Below are positions 16,470 through 25,241 of a DNA stretch of 64,000 bases, in pieces (the stretch's first letter is position 1; every line of letters begins with the position of its first letter). The notes beneath the pieces were generated by a model. That model was not told the origin of the DNA, made no database searches, and worked only from the letters and a program-made list of their open reading frames with translations. The translations under genes and the position numbers were made by a program. Source of the stretch: a virus (Duplodnaviria > Caudoviricetes). The DNA lies in the IMG/VR virus record IMGVR_UViG_3300017560_000002, positions 3,587 to 67,586 of that record; one strand, given 5' to 3'.

Positions 16470-17432
16470 TTACTGCGGCAATGGGCTCTGGAGTGGCTTG
16501 CCGTCGGCCTTCTCGCGTATCTTCTGCATGTTGGCCCAGTTGGCCTTGAGTTCGGCCTCCGTCGCAACGGACACGTCGATCGAATGCGCTTCCCCAAGGA
16601 CGAGCATCGTCAGCATCGTGCCGCCGAATTCGTTGAGAAGATCGCCAGCCGGGCGGGCGTAGACGTAGTCGGCCAGTTGCATTGCGTGCGACTTCGAGCA
16701 ACCGCACGCCTGCGCGAGCTCCAGCGCTTCTTCCAGAAATCTGAATACGCGCTCCTGCTTGTCGATCGCCCGTTCCCGACCGAAACACTGGTGCGACCAG
16801 TCACGGGCGCGGAACTGGAGCGCCCGCAGCGTCTGCATCGCGTCGGCGCGCAGCCATAGCAGCCGGCGGCGCAAGGTCTCCCACGGCTCGCGCGCCTTGC
16901 CCGCGCCGCTGTCTTCTCCGTCAAGGATTTTGGTCGCTTCCCGGCAGATCGCGTCGGCTCCGTGGTCGTGGCCGCGCCACCACGCCGGGTGCGCGCCATC
17001 AGTGGCGTCAAGCTCCGGATTATCGACGAGCATTCCGGGCGTCGGCGGAAACGGCGTCGCCAGATCGTCGGACGGGATTTCGTCTTCTTCGCTGGCTGCC
17101 ATCGACGCCATGTGTTCGGTAAGAGCGGCGAGATACTCGGCGTTCGTTTCGCACCAGTCCGCCATGCTCCGTGCTTCCTTGTCGCCGGTGTAGATCGACG
17201 CGTAGGTCCGCAGCTTGCGGCTGATGTGGTGGAGCATGTCGACGATCTCGTGATTTGCGATCGTCACCGACTGTCCACCGTTAGTGTAGCCGTAGACGGA
17301 CGCCATCGCAAGCCTGCGGTAAATCGCCTGCGTCTCGGGCTGCAGCGTTTCCCAGTCGAGCGCCGGCCGGCCCGACGGCGTCGATATGCTCGCCAGATAG
17401 ATGGCTTTCGCCTTGTTGCTAATGTGGTCCAT
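16470..17432 (-). CDS. Mosaic protein with a C-terminal MazG-like NTP pyrophosphohydrolase domain
   Basis: RVFRFLEEALELAQA...NEFGG ExxE pattern. Confidence 0.55.
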   Translation of the reverse strand: MDHISNKAKAIYLASISTPSGRPALDWETLQPETQAIYRRLAMASVYGYTNGGQSVTIANHEIVDMLHHISRKLRTYASIYTGDKEARSMADWCETNAEYLAALTEHMASMAASEEDEIPSDDLATPFPPTPGMLVDNPELDATDGAHPAWWRGHDHGADAICREATKILDGEDSGAGKAREPWETLRRRLLWLRADAMQTLRALQFRARDWSHQCFGRERAIDKQERVFRFLEEALELAQACGCSKSHAMQLADYVYARPAGDLLNEFGGTMLTMLVLGEAHSIDVSVATEAELKANWANMQKIREKADGKPLQSPLPQ

Positions 17433-17433
17433 T

Positions 17434-17907
17434 TCAGCCCTCCGCCTTTCTGATCATGCCGTCAGTGACGATCATCTGGAAGCCCTGCGGGTCGACTTCG
17501 ACGACGTACCGAAGCCCGCCGCGCGTCGTACGATAGGCGACCAGCACGACGCCCGTGTACCGCGCCTCGCCTGCGTACTTCTCAACCAAGTCCATCCGGC
17601 GATACTTGGCACCGGGGGTTTCCCCGAAACCCGGAACGGGTCCACCCAAGTCGGGCTTCGGACCGCGCGCGTAGGATTCCGATTCCACGGCCGGAGCCAT
17701 GAACATCGGCCACGGCTCTTCGCGTCGCAGACACCGGAAATAGGCGTCGCTGGCCTGTCGAGCCGTGTTGCCCGTCAGTTCCATCCACCGGATCATGAAA
17801 AACATTTCTTCGACGGCCTCCGCCATGTCGCGCATGTTTTCCAGCAGGGCGGTGCCGCGATAGCCGCCGGTTTCCTTGTCGACGCAGTGGTCGTAACTTC
17901 CAGCCAT
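17434..17907 (-). CDS. Hypothetical protein
   Basis: Tightly packed in the operon. Confidence 0.6.
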   Translation of the reverse strand: MAGSYDHCVDKETGGYRGTALLENMRDMAEAVEEMFFMIRWMELTGNTARQASDAYFRCLRREEPWPMFMAPAVESESYARGPKPDLGGPVPGFGETPGAKYRRMDLVEKYAGEARYTGVVLVAYRTTRGGLRYVVEVDPQGFQMIVTDGMIRKAEG

Positions 17908-17911
17908 CGTC

Positions 17912-18166
17912 TTATTCCTTCATTGCGTCGTTGACGCGGGACACGACTTCGTCGACGTGCTCTTTGACTTCATACACGAGTTCACCCATGCTACCGGAGC
18001 ACAAGATGTGGGTGCGCGCCACGTTATCCGGACCAGTGATCGCCTTAATCGCCAGAACGCGCGACGGGTTTAAATACACGCCGTGACTTACCACGGAGCC
18101 AACAGATTTCCAGATTTCGGTCACGTTAAACAGGCGCATAACCTCTACTCCATAAACGCCAGACAT
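17912..18166 (-). CDS. Hypothetical protein
   Basis: Operon packing; start uncertain. Confidence 0.55.
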   Translation of the reverse strand: MSGVYGVEVMRLFNVTEIWKSVGSVVSHGVYLNPSRVLAIKAITGPDNVARTHILCSGSMGELVYEVKEHVDEVVSRVNDAMKE

Positions 18167-18345
18167 TTGTCGGTTTGGCAGCGGGCGTGTATATGTTGCT
18201 TCCTACCAACGAGCCGGGCGTAGAGCTTGCCCTTACACTTAGGACAGTGCGTCCAAGCGTGGTCGATCTTCCGTTCCTTCATCTTCTCTTTCAATTTCAG
18301 AACCGCCTGAATTGCTTCCATCTGGGCTTCGAGATCGAGGGGCAT
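18145..18345 (-). CDS. Small Cys-rich putative zinc-binding protein
   Basis: CPKC...C....C. Confidence 0.6.
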   Translation of the reverse strand: MPLDLEAQMEAIQAVLKLKEKMKERKIDHAWTHCPKCKGKLYARLVGRKQHIHARCQTDKCLAFME

Positions 18346-18429
18346 CGGCTTCGTTTCTCTGGCTGCGCTTGACGCGCGGGCGGGGGTTGGGACGTCGAGG
18401 CACCATCGGCCTCGTCGGCGTGGCGTCTT

Positions 18430-18729
18430 TCACGGATCGGTGTCCTTCAAGAAGCCGATCTCGAGCAGACCGACTAGGATCGGAATTCGTTCTGCGACTT
18501 CCCAGAAATTGCGGGCGGTGATCACGCAGGCGACGGACGACACGAGCGCCAGCAGGAACGCCGCGATCGATCCGGTGCCCACGACAAGCAACAGGCACGT
18601 CGCGCAGATCACGGCGAGCACGAGCGCCATTTTGTAATGCACGAGCATCTGGAACGAATCGTCGAGGACCCAGTCCCGCACTTCCGGGTGCGCCTGATCG
18701 AGCAGCACCTTAAGCTGTTCTCTGGTCAT
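18430..18729 (-). CDS. Two-TM membrane protein
   Basis: Two hydrophobic stretches; ATG 18729. Confidence 0.55.
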   Translation of the reverse strand: MTREQLKVLLDQAHPEVRDWVLDDSFQMLVHYKMALVLAVICATCLLLVVGTGSIAAFLLALVSSVACVITARNFWEVAERIPILVGLLEIGFLKDTDP

Positions 18730-19097
18730 TTCTTCTCCCGCTGCCTTTTCTGCCAGTCTTCGACGTATTTCTTGTCGTGCCACAACGGATTGCCCACGAA
18801 TTCGGCCCGGTAGGCGGCGCGGGCCTGTACGTGCGACACCACCTTGCCACCGATCACGTTTGCCGACGAGCCGGGCTCGCTGTTTGGTCCGTACCAGCCG
18901 GTACGCTTCTCGTCGTCGGACAGCGGCCGTTCCTCGTCGTTGGGTCCGATTTCCGACGCTCCGCAGACGTCGCAGTGGTACGGGCCACATTGTTGAAATC
19001 CGACGCCGACGTCCACAAAGTCGGCGCGACAGGGCGTCCGACAATAAGGGCACGGCTCGGTCGGCTCGTGATCGCCGTAAGCGTAGCCGCCGCTCAT
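18726..19097 (-). CDS. Zinc-finger hypothetical protein
   Basis: CPYC and CDVC pairs; ATG 19097. Confidence 0.6.
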   Translation of the reverse strand: MSGGYAYGDHEPTEPCPYCRTPCRADFVDVGVGFQQCGPYHCDVCGASEIGPNDEERPLSDDEKRTGWYGPNSEPGSSANVIGGKVVSHVQARAAYRAEFVGNPLWHDKKYVEDWQKRQREKK

Positions 19098-19378
19098 TTC
19101 GGGCCTCGTGCGCGTCGCTGACGCGGGGCGTCGACGATCGGGTACTGCCGTGCCCAGAGCTCGGCAGACGGCGGAACGATGTCGCCGGCTTCCTCCCACG
19201 TACGACAGGCATGGCGCACGGAATCGTGGTGATACGCCATCCGCCGGCCCTCGCTCTTGGCGAGGATCGCCCCGATCTGGCCGTAAGTGTATCCACGCTC
19301 AAACAGCGCCATGGCGCGCTCGACGTCGATCTGCTTGCGGGTCGTCGTTCGCCCTTCGGTTACGTAGGTTACTGCCAC
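19094..19378 (-). CDS. HTH-like protein, paralogue of 8175..8357
   Basis: DVERAMALFERGYTYGQIG..LA..EGR; leader upstream. Confidence 0.6.
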   Translation of the reverse strand: MAVTYVTEGRTTTRKQIDVERAMALFERGYTYGQIGAILAKSEGRRMAYHHDSVRHACRTWEEAGDIVPPSAELWARQYPIVDAPRQRRARGPK

Positions 19379-19388
19379 GTCGTCTCTC

Positions 19389-19718
19389 CTATGTCAGCTG
19401 GCGCAGTTGCTTCCAGACATTCTTACAAGCCTGCTCGGCCTCATTAAACGACGCCCAAGGTCCGCCGTCAATAGGGATCGTGTTGTTGCTTCCAGTCTGG
19501 CCTAGCTTGCGGTAAGTCGCCGTATGGCCGACCCACTTCGCCTTTTCAGCGTCGCTCCAAGTCGAGACGCCCGGCTCGTACATGATTGACCATGAATACC
19601 CGCCGTGGATCGCCTGCCAGATACGTACTTGGTGAAAGTGAGATATGGCGGCGTTGAGCGGACGGCCGTCCGGCCCGTAAGTCGTACTGAACCGGTGCGT
19701 CACGTCCTCAAAGCGCAT
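19389..19718 (-). CDS. Hypothetical protein
   Basis: ATG 19718; operon packing. Confidence 0.55.
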   Translation of the reverse strand: MRFEDVTHRFSTTYGPDGRPLNAAISHFHQVRIWQAIHGGYSWSIMYEPGVSTWSDAEKAKWVGHTATYRKLGQTGSNNTIPIDGGPWASFNEAEQACKNVWKQLRQLT

Positions 19719-19971
19719 CGGGCTTCTTCTCCGGATCGATCGTAAACGTGAAATCCGGATGGTCACCGAGGACCAGAAACCGCTCGGACGGCTTGTAGTA
19801 CCGTTTCTTTTTGACGAAGTCAGCGAGCCTGTCGCGCCCTCCGGAGACCAGAGCTTCGAACCAGTCAACGTTTTGAAACGCGATCGGAACTCCGCCTTGG
19901 AAGCAATAACCGTCAGTCAGCTTCCGGGGCAGCATGTAGACGCGAACGAACGTGCGGCTTTCGTCAGTCAT
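19708..19971 (-). CDS. Hypothetical protein
   Basis: ATG 19971 preceded by GGAGA. Confidence 0.55.
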   Translation of the reverse strand: MTDESRTFVRVYMLPRKLTDGYCFQGGVPIAFQNVDWFEALVSGGRDRLADFVKKKRYYKPSERFLVLGDHPDFTFTIDPEKKPDAL

Positions 19972-20713
19972 TGCTCTTCTCCGGAGTTCGTGGCAGATCG
20001 GGCGGCAACGGCCACCAGCGGACCGGGTTCGCGGCTTGCTCGAATTCGCTGCCGACGACGAACCACCAGTCTGGCAAGTTCCCGCCGCCGTCCTCTTGGC
20101 TGTCCGCCCACGCGCCGCCCCACTCGACAATGTGGTAGCCAGTCGGCGCGTGCGACAATCCTTCGGCATGCGCCGCGTATAGTGTGAGTTTCTTGCCGGT
20201 GTCGTCAAGCGAGCGCGGGTCGGCCTCGTGGTCGCACCACGCAAGGATCGGGCGGTCCTTCGGTGCCGTTCCGATCGGATGACCGATGATCGCCGCCTCG
20301 ACGAGGTCCGCAACCCGACGACAGTTTTCGGCGTTGTACACGTAGGCCCAGATTTCCGCGTCCTCGCTCGACTTAGTGCGCTGATCGAAGTAGTCCGCCG
20401 CCCCCCGCAGAAACCCCGCCGCCTTGTCAGCGGCTATCGGCTCGATCTTCGCCCGCGATTTGTCGATCTTGGCCTGTTTGGCATCCATGCTGTCGAGGTA
20501 AGGCTTGCAATACTCGAGCGCCTTGTACAGCTGATGTTCCGTCGCCTTCTTCACAAGATCGAATATGGAACGTCTGCCGGCGTACGTGCCGCCAAGAATG
20601 TTCATTAGGGTGGCCGTCGCCATGCTGCCCATATACAGACTGTTGCAGCTGTCCGGCCCGCTGCGGTACTTGCTCGCCGCTACGATGCGTTGTTCGAGTT
20701 CGGCTCTCGTCAT
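19964..20713 (-). CDS. Mosaic hypothetical protein with a C-terminal phage module (PIGTAPKDRPIL..WWPLP)
   Basis: Leader at 20721-20732. Confidence 0.6.
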   Translation of the reverse strand: MTRAELEQRIVAASKYRSGPDSCNSLYMGSMATATLMNILGGTYAGRRSIFDLVKKATEHQLYKALEYCKPYLDSMDAKQAKIDKSRAKIEPIAADKAAGFLRGAADYFDQRTKSSEDAEIWAYVYNAENCRRVADLVEAAIIGHPIGTAPKDRPILAWCDHEADPRSLDDTGKKLTLYAAHAEGLSHAPTGYHIVEWGGAWADSQEDGGGNLPDWWFVVGSEFEQAANPVRWWPLPPDLPRTPEKSND

Positions 20714-20723
20714 CGTCGTTCTC

Positions 20724-21218
20724 CTATTTCGGCCTGATTTCAAGCCACCTGCCCCAGAGATTTTCCCACGGCCTGCCGATCTGCTCGGCATAGCCCAGAC
20801 AGTTAGCAGTGCCGCCGCGCGTGCCGTCGTAGAGCGCCACGATCTTGTTGCAGTTGTCGACCATCCAGCGGTTACGCCTAGTCATCTTGGCGTTCGTGTA
20901 ACGACCGTAACTGACGTAGCGGACCTTAGCCGCTTGAGCAAGCAAGCTGCGGTATTGATTGCGAGCCACTGTCGGCCACAGGTCAGCCTGACCGGGGAAT
21001 GGTACGGCGGCGACAAACGGAATGCTTAAATCGTAACACGCCTGCGCCACGGCTAGGTCCCAACCCAGCGCCATCCCGCTAATGACGCTAAGGTCCGGGT
21101 GCGCCTCGCGCTGCTCGACCAGATAATCATCGGCCAGACGTATGAGCGCAAACGACGCGCCGGGATCGGTGTACCCGCCCAGCTTTTCCGGCCGGTGCCC
21201 CGTCGCCGCGATGATCAT
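20724..21218 (-). CDS. SLOG/YspA-like (DUF1273) protein
   Basis: IAATGHRP..KLGGY; VISGMALGWD; RRNRWMVD; YDGTRGGTANC. Confidence 0.8.
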   Translation of the reverse strand: MIIAATGHRPEKLGGYTDPGASFALIRLADDYLVEQREAHPDLSVISGMALGWDLAVAQACYDLSIPFVAAVPFPGQADLWPTVARNQYRSLLAQAAKVRYVSYGRYTNAKMTRRNRWMVDNCNKIVALYDGTRGGTANCLGYAEQIGRPWENLWGRWLEIRPK

Positions 21219-21436
21219 TCGTCGTCCGGTGCTTGCAGCAACGACTTGAGGCGCGGCGCGGCTTCGTGCTCCCGCACGATTTCGGCGCTGATTTCCCGCA
21301 GCTGCCCGACGACGACCAGCAGGCTCTGGTTGGCCTCGTCGTATGCGGTCTGCAGCTGTCGGACCCGAACGCCGAGATAAACGACGACGGCGAACATGAC
21401 GACCGTTAACAGGTCCATCACGGTGACTTCGGACAT
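21215..21436 (-). CDS. Small membrane-anchored coiled-coil protein
   Basis: N-terminal TM helix; promoter upstream. Confidence 0.5.
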   Translation of the reverse strand: MSEVTVMDLLTVVMFAVVVYLGVRVRQLQTAYDEANQSLLVVVGQLREISAEIVREHEAAPRLKSLLQAPDDE

Positions 21437-21471
21437 ACGCGGAATCCTTAAACCAATGTGGAGTACGCGGG

Positions 21472-21500
21472 ACTGTAGCACGCCGCGCGGGCGTCGTCAA
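21472..21500 (-). promoter_or_regulatory. sigma70-like extended -10 promoter
   Basis: TTGACG-N17-TACAGT. Confidence 0.65.
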
Positions 21501-21507
21501 AATGGAA

Positions 21508-21753
21508 CTAGGGTTCAGCCAGCCATTCCTGAAAGTCCCGAATGCGAATGCTAATATCGTCGATTTCCCGGTCGGTCAGCGGCGGCTCGAAGTCGTCCTC
21601 GCCTAGAACCGTGTTGCGCGGCATGTCGGGAAAAGCAGTGGATTCTTCCGGCAGACACAGCCACCAAGTGTCGTGCTCGATCCACAGTTCGATCAACCGC
21701 CCGCGCAACACGAATTCATCAGTGACGAGGCGCTCAGTCATCGCAGCGATCAT
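21508..21753 (-). CDS. Acidic hypothetical protein
   Basis: Operon packing. Confidence 0.55.
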   Translation of the reverse strand: MIAAMTERLVTDEFVLRGRLIELWIEHDTWWLCLPEESTAFPDMPRNTVLGEDDFEPPLTDREIDDISIRIRDFQEWLAEP

Positions 21754-22337
21754 CCTCCGGCGGTAAAAACGACCTGCATCGTCTTTCTGACGCCGTTGCA
21801 GGTCTCTTCTCCGACGTACTCAGCGGTATAGATGCCGACCTTGATGCCCTCGAAGTACCCGTGGTACGCGCGCTGCAGGTCTTCGGTGCTGGCGACGGCG
21901 TAGCTCTGTACGAGGGTGCCCTGATCGGTGTCTCTTGCGGACCCGAAAGTATGGGTACGTAGCTGGTGAAAATTCGGACCGGCGTAGACCTTGAATTCGC
22001 CTTTTATTGTCGAAAGTTCGTCGCCGTCAAGGATCGACGCCAGCACGACCGGCTGCTCGGCGATCATGCCGTCGATGGCCGTGTTGCCGTTGATCACTTT
22101 CAGCTGCTCGACGACTTCATCCAGTGCCTTCATCCGCTGCTCAAGTGCGGCTTCGGAGCGCATGGCAAAGAGCGACAACGACGTGGCGATTGACGCGATG
22201 CCCGACATCGTGGCTTTCTGTATCGCGTGATGGACATTGTCGGGTGCGCCCAAATCTACGTGGCGCAACATCAGCAGCGCGTCGTTGTAGTCGCGCATGA
22301 AAGTGATCAGAAAATCAGTCGGCTTCTGCTCGTGCAT
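21750..22337 (-). CDS. Hypothetical protein
   Basis: GGGGAGA RBS; operon packing. Confidence 0.6.
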   Translation of the reverse strand: MHEQKPTDFLITFMRDYNDALLMLRHVDLGAPDNVHHAIQKATMSGIASIATSLSLFAMRSEAALEQRMKALDEVVEQLKVINGNTAIDGMIAEQPVVLASILDGDELSTIKGEFKVYAGPNFHQLRTHTFGSARDTDQGTLVQSYAVASTEDLQRAYHGYFEGIKVGIYTAEYVGEETCNGVRKTMQVVFTAGG

Positions 22338-22533
22338 TTGGTCTCTCCCCTTCGTTTCGTTCCATCAGCGTGTCGCCCCGATCGTTAAGGGTACGCACGA
22401 CACGCCACCCGAACTGCGATGCGTAGTAAGCTTGTTCGCGGTTCAGCTGCACGCGCCCATACATCGCCGACGCGATTTCAGATATCTTGATGTCGCCGTG
22501 CTCGTTGACGACGTCGCCCAGTGCTGACATCAC
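22315..22533 (-). CDS. Hypothetical protein
   Basis: Operon packing. Confidence 0.45.
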   Translation of the reverse strand: MMSALGDVVNEHGDIKISEIASAMYGRVQLNREQAYYASQFGWRVVRTLNDRGDTLMERNEGERPNARAEAD

Positions 22534-22787
22534 GCGGACCCTGAATTAGCCTTTGCAAGAATGGCGTCGCAGTGACACCGTAGCGGCTTACAAAAGCACA
22601 CGAGATCACGGCCGCGCAAGTTGGAAACGTCGAGTTTCGGCAGAATTTCACGCTCGAAGCGATCGCAGACGTCGTCACGCGTTCCGTCTCTGCCGATCCT
22701 AAACGGATTGCCGTACCTCGAGCCGCGCCCGCAGTAGACGGCGTCCCGTGGCGCGTCGCCGTGGTGTCTGTTGTAGACCTTCGGCAT
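22530..22787 (-). CDS. DUF4326-like protein
   Basis: AVYCGRGSRYGNPF..RGRDLVCFCKPLRCHCD. Confidence 0.8.
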   Translation of the reverse strand: MPKVYNRHHGDAPRDAVYCGRGSRYGNPFRIGRDGTRDDVCDRFEREILPKLDVSNLRGRDLVCFCKPLRCHCDAILAKANSGSA

Positions 22788-25093
22788 CAGAAGTCGTCCG
22801 AATTCCGGTTGCCTCGCTTGCCGTCCGGGTCCGGATCGTCGTTCTTGGTGTCATCAGACTTGGGCTCAGCGTCCCAGTTAAGCTCCTGACCGATATACTT
22901 CTCGAAATGCTTGCGACACTTGGCAAGCGTCGGCATGTTCATAATCGACGATTGTCGTCCCTGTCCGTCGCCCAGATTGTGAGCATGGCGCGAGACGTTC
23001 TCTTCCATGATCAGGTCATTGTAACGCTGACGCCGCAAATCGAGTTCCAGACCACCGAGCATCTGGCTTAAGGTGCTGCGTATCTGAAACGGGTTAATTG
23101 GCCTACGTATACCATTGGTGTCGAGATAAATGGCGTACGATGCTTCAAGCGCCCGCAGCGACACGACGTCCGGCCAGTGGTGACCCGCCGGCTTCGTCAT
23201 GCCGCGTAAATAACTGTCGAGCACGTGGCCAGTTTCCAGCCGCTTCTGCCACCATAGGACGATCGGGTCAAGATTAAGTTCTTTTACCTGCAGTAGTTCC
23301 TTGTTCTTAAGATTGGAGCGCGGCAGCTGCGGATCGTAGTCCATCGTCGTCAGATAGTGGTGGAGCGCCGCTGGCCCGCCGTTCTTCTCTTCGGCCAGCA
23401 CGGCGTCTCGCAACGTTTCGTTTTCCTTGACCGAACGATCACCCATCATAAAGACGGTGTACCGCCGGTCACCAAGTGCGACTGGCGCGGCGTGGGTCTT
23501 GTTTGACGACAGGATCAGTCGCGCATAGTTGCGGGCGCGTTCGGCATCAACGCCTTTAGCCTCGACCATCATGTATTCATCGGTGATCAGTGACCGGATG
23601 ATCGCGGCGTGGCGCTGGTCGCCACCGTACAGAGCCTCTTCGGAGTGAAGAAGTAAGGCCGTCGCCATGTGCTTGTTAAATTTGCCCCGAATGTGCTCTT
23701 CGTTCGACGCTACGACGTAGTTGGAGCCAAGGATGTGGCCGAAGTAGCGCACCAACAGCGACTTGCCGGCACCTTCTTCGCCGATCAGCACTGGCGCGGT
23801 GCCGCACTTGTTCTGTGGTTCCCGCAAGATATTGGCGAACCAGTGCAGCATCCAGACGTACTGCTCGTCGTTACCGCCGCAGATCACGTCGCGCAGCAAC
23901 GTCAGCCACGCCTCACACGAACCGTCTTTCGACGGCGGTGCCGCCCAGCCGGTCCAGCTATTTAGCACGTTCCGCTTGCCGACTTTGAAATCCGGCTCAC
24001 CGCCGGGAATAAAGCGCACGTCGTCGTAAGTACGGCGGCGCGGGCTGCTCAACCACAGCCGGGCCTTTGATACCGGCTTGTCGCTGCCCGGTATGTTGAT
24101 GTAGTCGTTGGAATACCGGTTGAGAAAGTCTTCCTTGTGGAGAAACACGGGCGGCTCACCGGGTGGAACTTCGGTGTTGGCGATGCGAAACGAGCCGGCT
24201 ACCATCGACACCGCGAACGTCTCGTTAAACTCGCCGACCCACGCCACGTCGGGTGCACCCAGCCAACGCAGGATGTAGTCGACGACGATGCCTTTGCTCT
24301 CACCCAGCTGCTCCCGCAGCTTGACGGAGCCCGTGAGCATCTGGCCCTGATCACCGCGACGATACGTGGCCTTGATCGTCGGAATGCGAGACTTGTCCTT
24401 GTCGCCCGTGTAGTCCATCACGGCCTGTATGATTTCGCAGGCTTCCTCGACGGGCCAATCGTTGCGGTAGAACATGCCCGACAGGTGCTTGCACGGCTCG
24501 TTGTGGTAGCCCTCCTGCCAGATGTGGCGAGCGATCACGGAGCAGATGGCGACTTTCGTTGCGGCTTTCCTCAAGACTTCGGACGTGACCGTCGGGACGG
24601 TCGGAAACGGAACTGTGCTCCACTTGATGTCTTCGCCCGTGCCTTCGTGGACCGAACCCGGCATTACGGTCTGGTGCCCGCCGTCGCCCCGGAGCTCGAG
24701 GATCGTCTCTTTCGACATCGGGTCGATGAAGGCGATCTTTTCAAACGTCGGCTCTTCGACCCGGTACAGGCGGTGAGAATCGACCTTGCTGGCGCGGCCG
24801 AATACGGCCTGTGTAGGCGGCAGGAACAGCGAGCCGAAATGAATTCCCTCCGGGCTGTCAAGGTCGGCGTCGATCGGGCCTGAATGGGCCGGGCCGGTGA
24901 CGAGGCCAAGGCCGTAGTCGTTGGCGTGCCAGAGGGAATCGTCAGGCGGGACGTATCCGGGGTCAACGTAGTTGCGGTTGATCGCGGCCTTTGACCGGTG
25001 AAACAGAGGCACCGGCTTGAAGTCATTCCGGCGCACCCACTGCAGGGTCTGGTTGATTCCGGACGCGGTCGATCCCTTAGGCTGGTCAGGCAT
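22787..25093 (-). CDS. Primase-polymerase fused to an SF3 helicase (DUF5906-like)
   Basis: N-terminal GLVTG..IDADLDS, HRLYR, LELRGDGGHQTVMPGSVH; Walker A GEEGAGKS; Walker B HSEE. Confidence 0.85.
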   Translation of the reverse strand: MPDQPKGSTASGINQTLQWVRRNDFKPVPLFHRSKAAINRNYVDPGYVPPDDSLWHANDYGLGLVTGPAHSGPIDADLDSPEGIHFGSLFLPPTQAVFGRASKVDSHRLYRVEEPTFEKIAFIDPMSKETILELRGDGGHQTVMPGSVHEGTGEDIKWSTVPFPTVPTVTSEVLRKAATKVAICSVIARHIWQEGYHNEPCKHLSGMFYRNDWPVEEACEIIQAVMDYTGDKDKSRIPTIKATYRRGDQGQMLTGSVKLREQLGESKGIVVDYILRWLGAPDVAWVGEFNETFAVSMVAGSFRIANTEVPPGEPPVFLHKEDFLNRYSNDYINIPGSDKPVSKARLWLSSPRRRTYDDVRFIPGGEPDFKVGKRNVLNSWTGWAAPPSKDGSCEAWLTLLRDVICGGNDEQYVWMLHWFANILREPQNKCGTAPVLIGEEGAGKSLLVRYFGHILGSNYVVASNEEHIRGKFNKHMATALLLHSEEALYGGDQRHAAIIRSLITDEYMMVEAKGVDAERARNYARLILSSNKTHAAPVALGDRRYTVFMMGDRSVKENETLRDAVLAEEKNGGPAALHHYLTTMDYDPQLPRSNLKNKELLQVKELNLDPIVLWWQKRLETGHVLDSYLRGMTKPAGHHWPDVVSLRALEASYAIYLDTNGIRRPINPFQIRSTLSQMLGGLELDLRRQRYNDLIMEENVSRHAHNLGDGQGRQSSIMNMPTLAKCRKHFEKYIGQELNWDAEPKSDDTKNDDPDPDGKRGNRNSDDF

Positions 25094-25138
25094 AGAAAAG
25101 CACCCCCTAGGTTCCGTGGAGCGCGCACGGAGTACCTA

Positions 25139-25167
25139 TTGACGTGGTCGTGATGTCGTGGTAAAAA
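25139..25167 (+). promoter_or_regulatory. Rightward sigma70-like promoter, divergent from the primase gene
   Basis: TTGACG-N17(ending GTGG)-TAAAAA; same architecture as the leftward promoters. Confidence 0.5.
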
Positions 25168-25241
25168 GGAGCCGGACGTTACACGCGTCTGTACCCAGCC
25201 TTTACGCCCCGGTCTCGGTCCAGAGACCGGGGCGTCTTTTT
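25168..25241 (+). ncRNA. Candidate small RNA of about 70 nt
   Basis: Flanked by a promoter and a strong terminator, with no usable ORF. Confidence 0.35.
25204..25241 (+). terminator. Intrinsic terminator
   Basis: Perfect 13-bp stem ACGCCCCGGTCTC / GAGACCGGGGCGT, 6-nt loop, then CTTTTT. Confidence 0.8.

Noticed and set aside
5145-20732. Repeated CTCCTATGTCG elements as a CRISPR-like array
   Set aside because: Copies are dispersed, short and always at ribosome-binding sites; there is no regular repeat-spacer structure and no cas gene
25168-25241. tRNA reading of the 74-nt element starting GGAGCC
   Set aside because: No cloverleaf, T-loop (TTC) or acceptor stem pairing; the 3' half is a terminator hairpin
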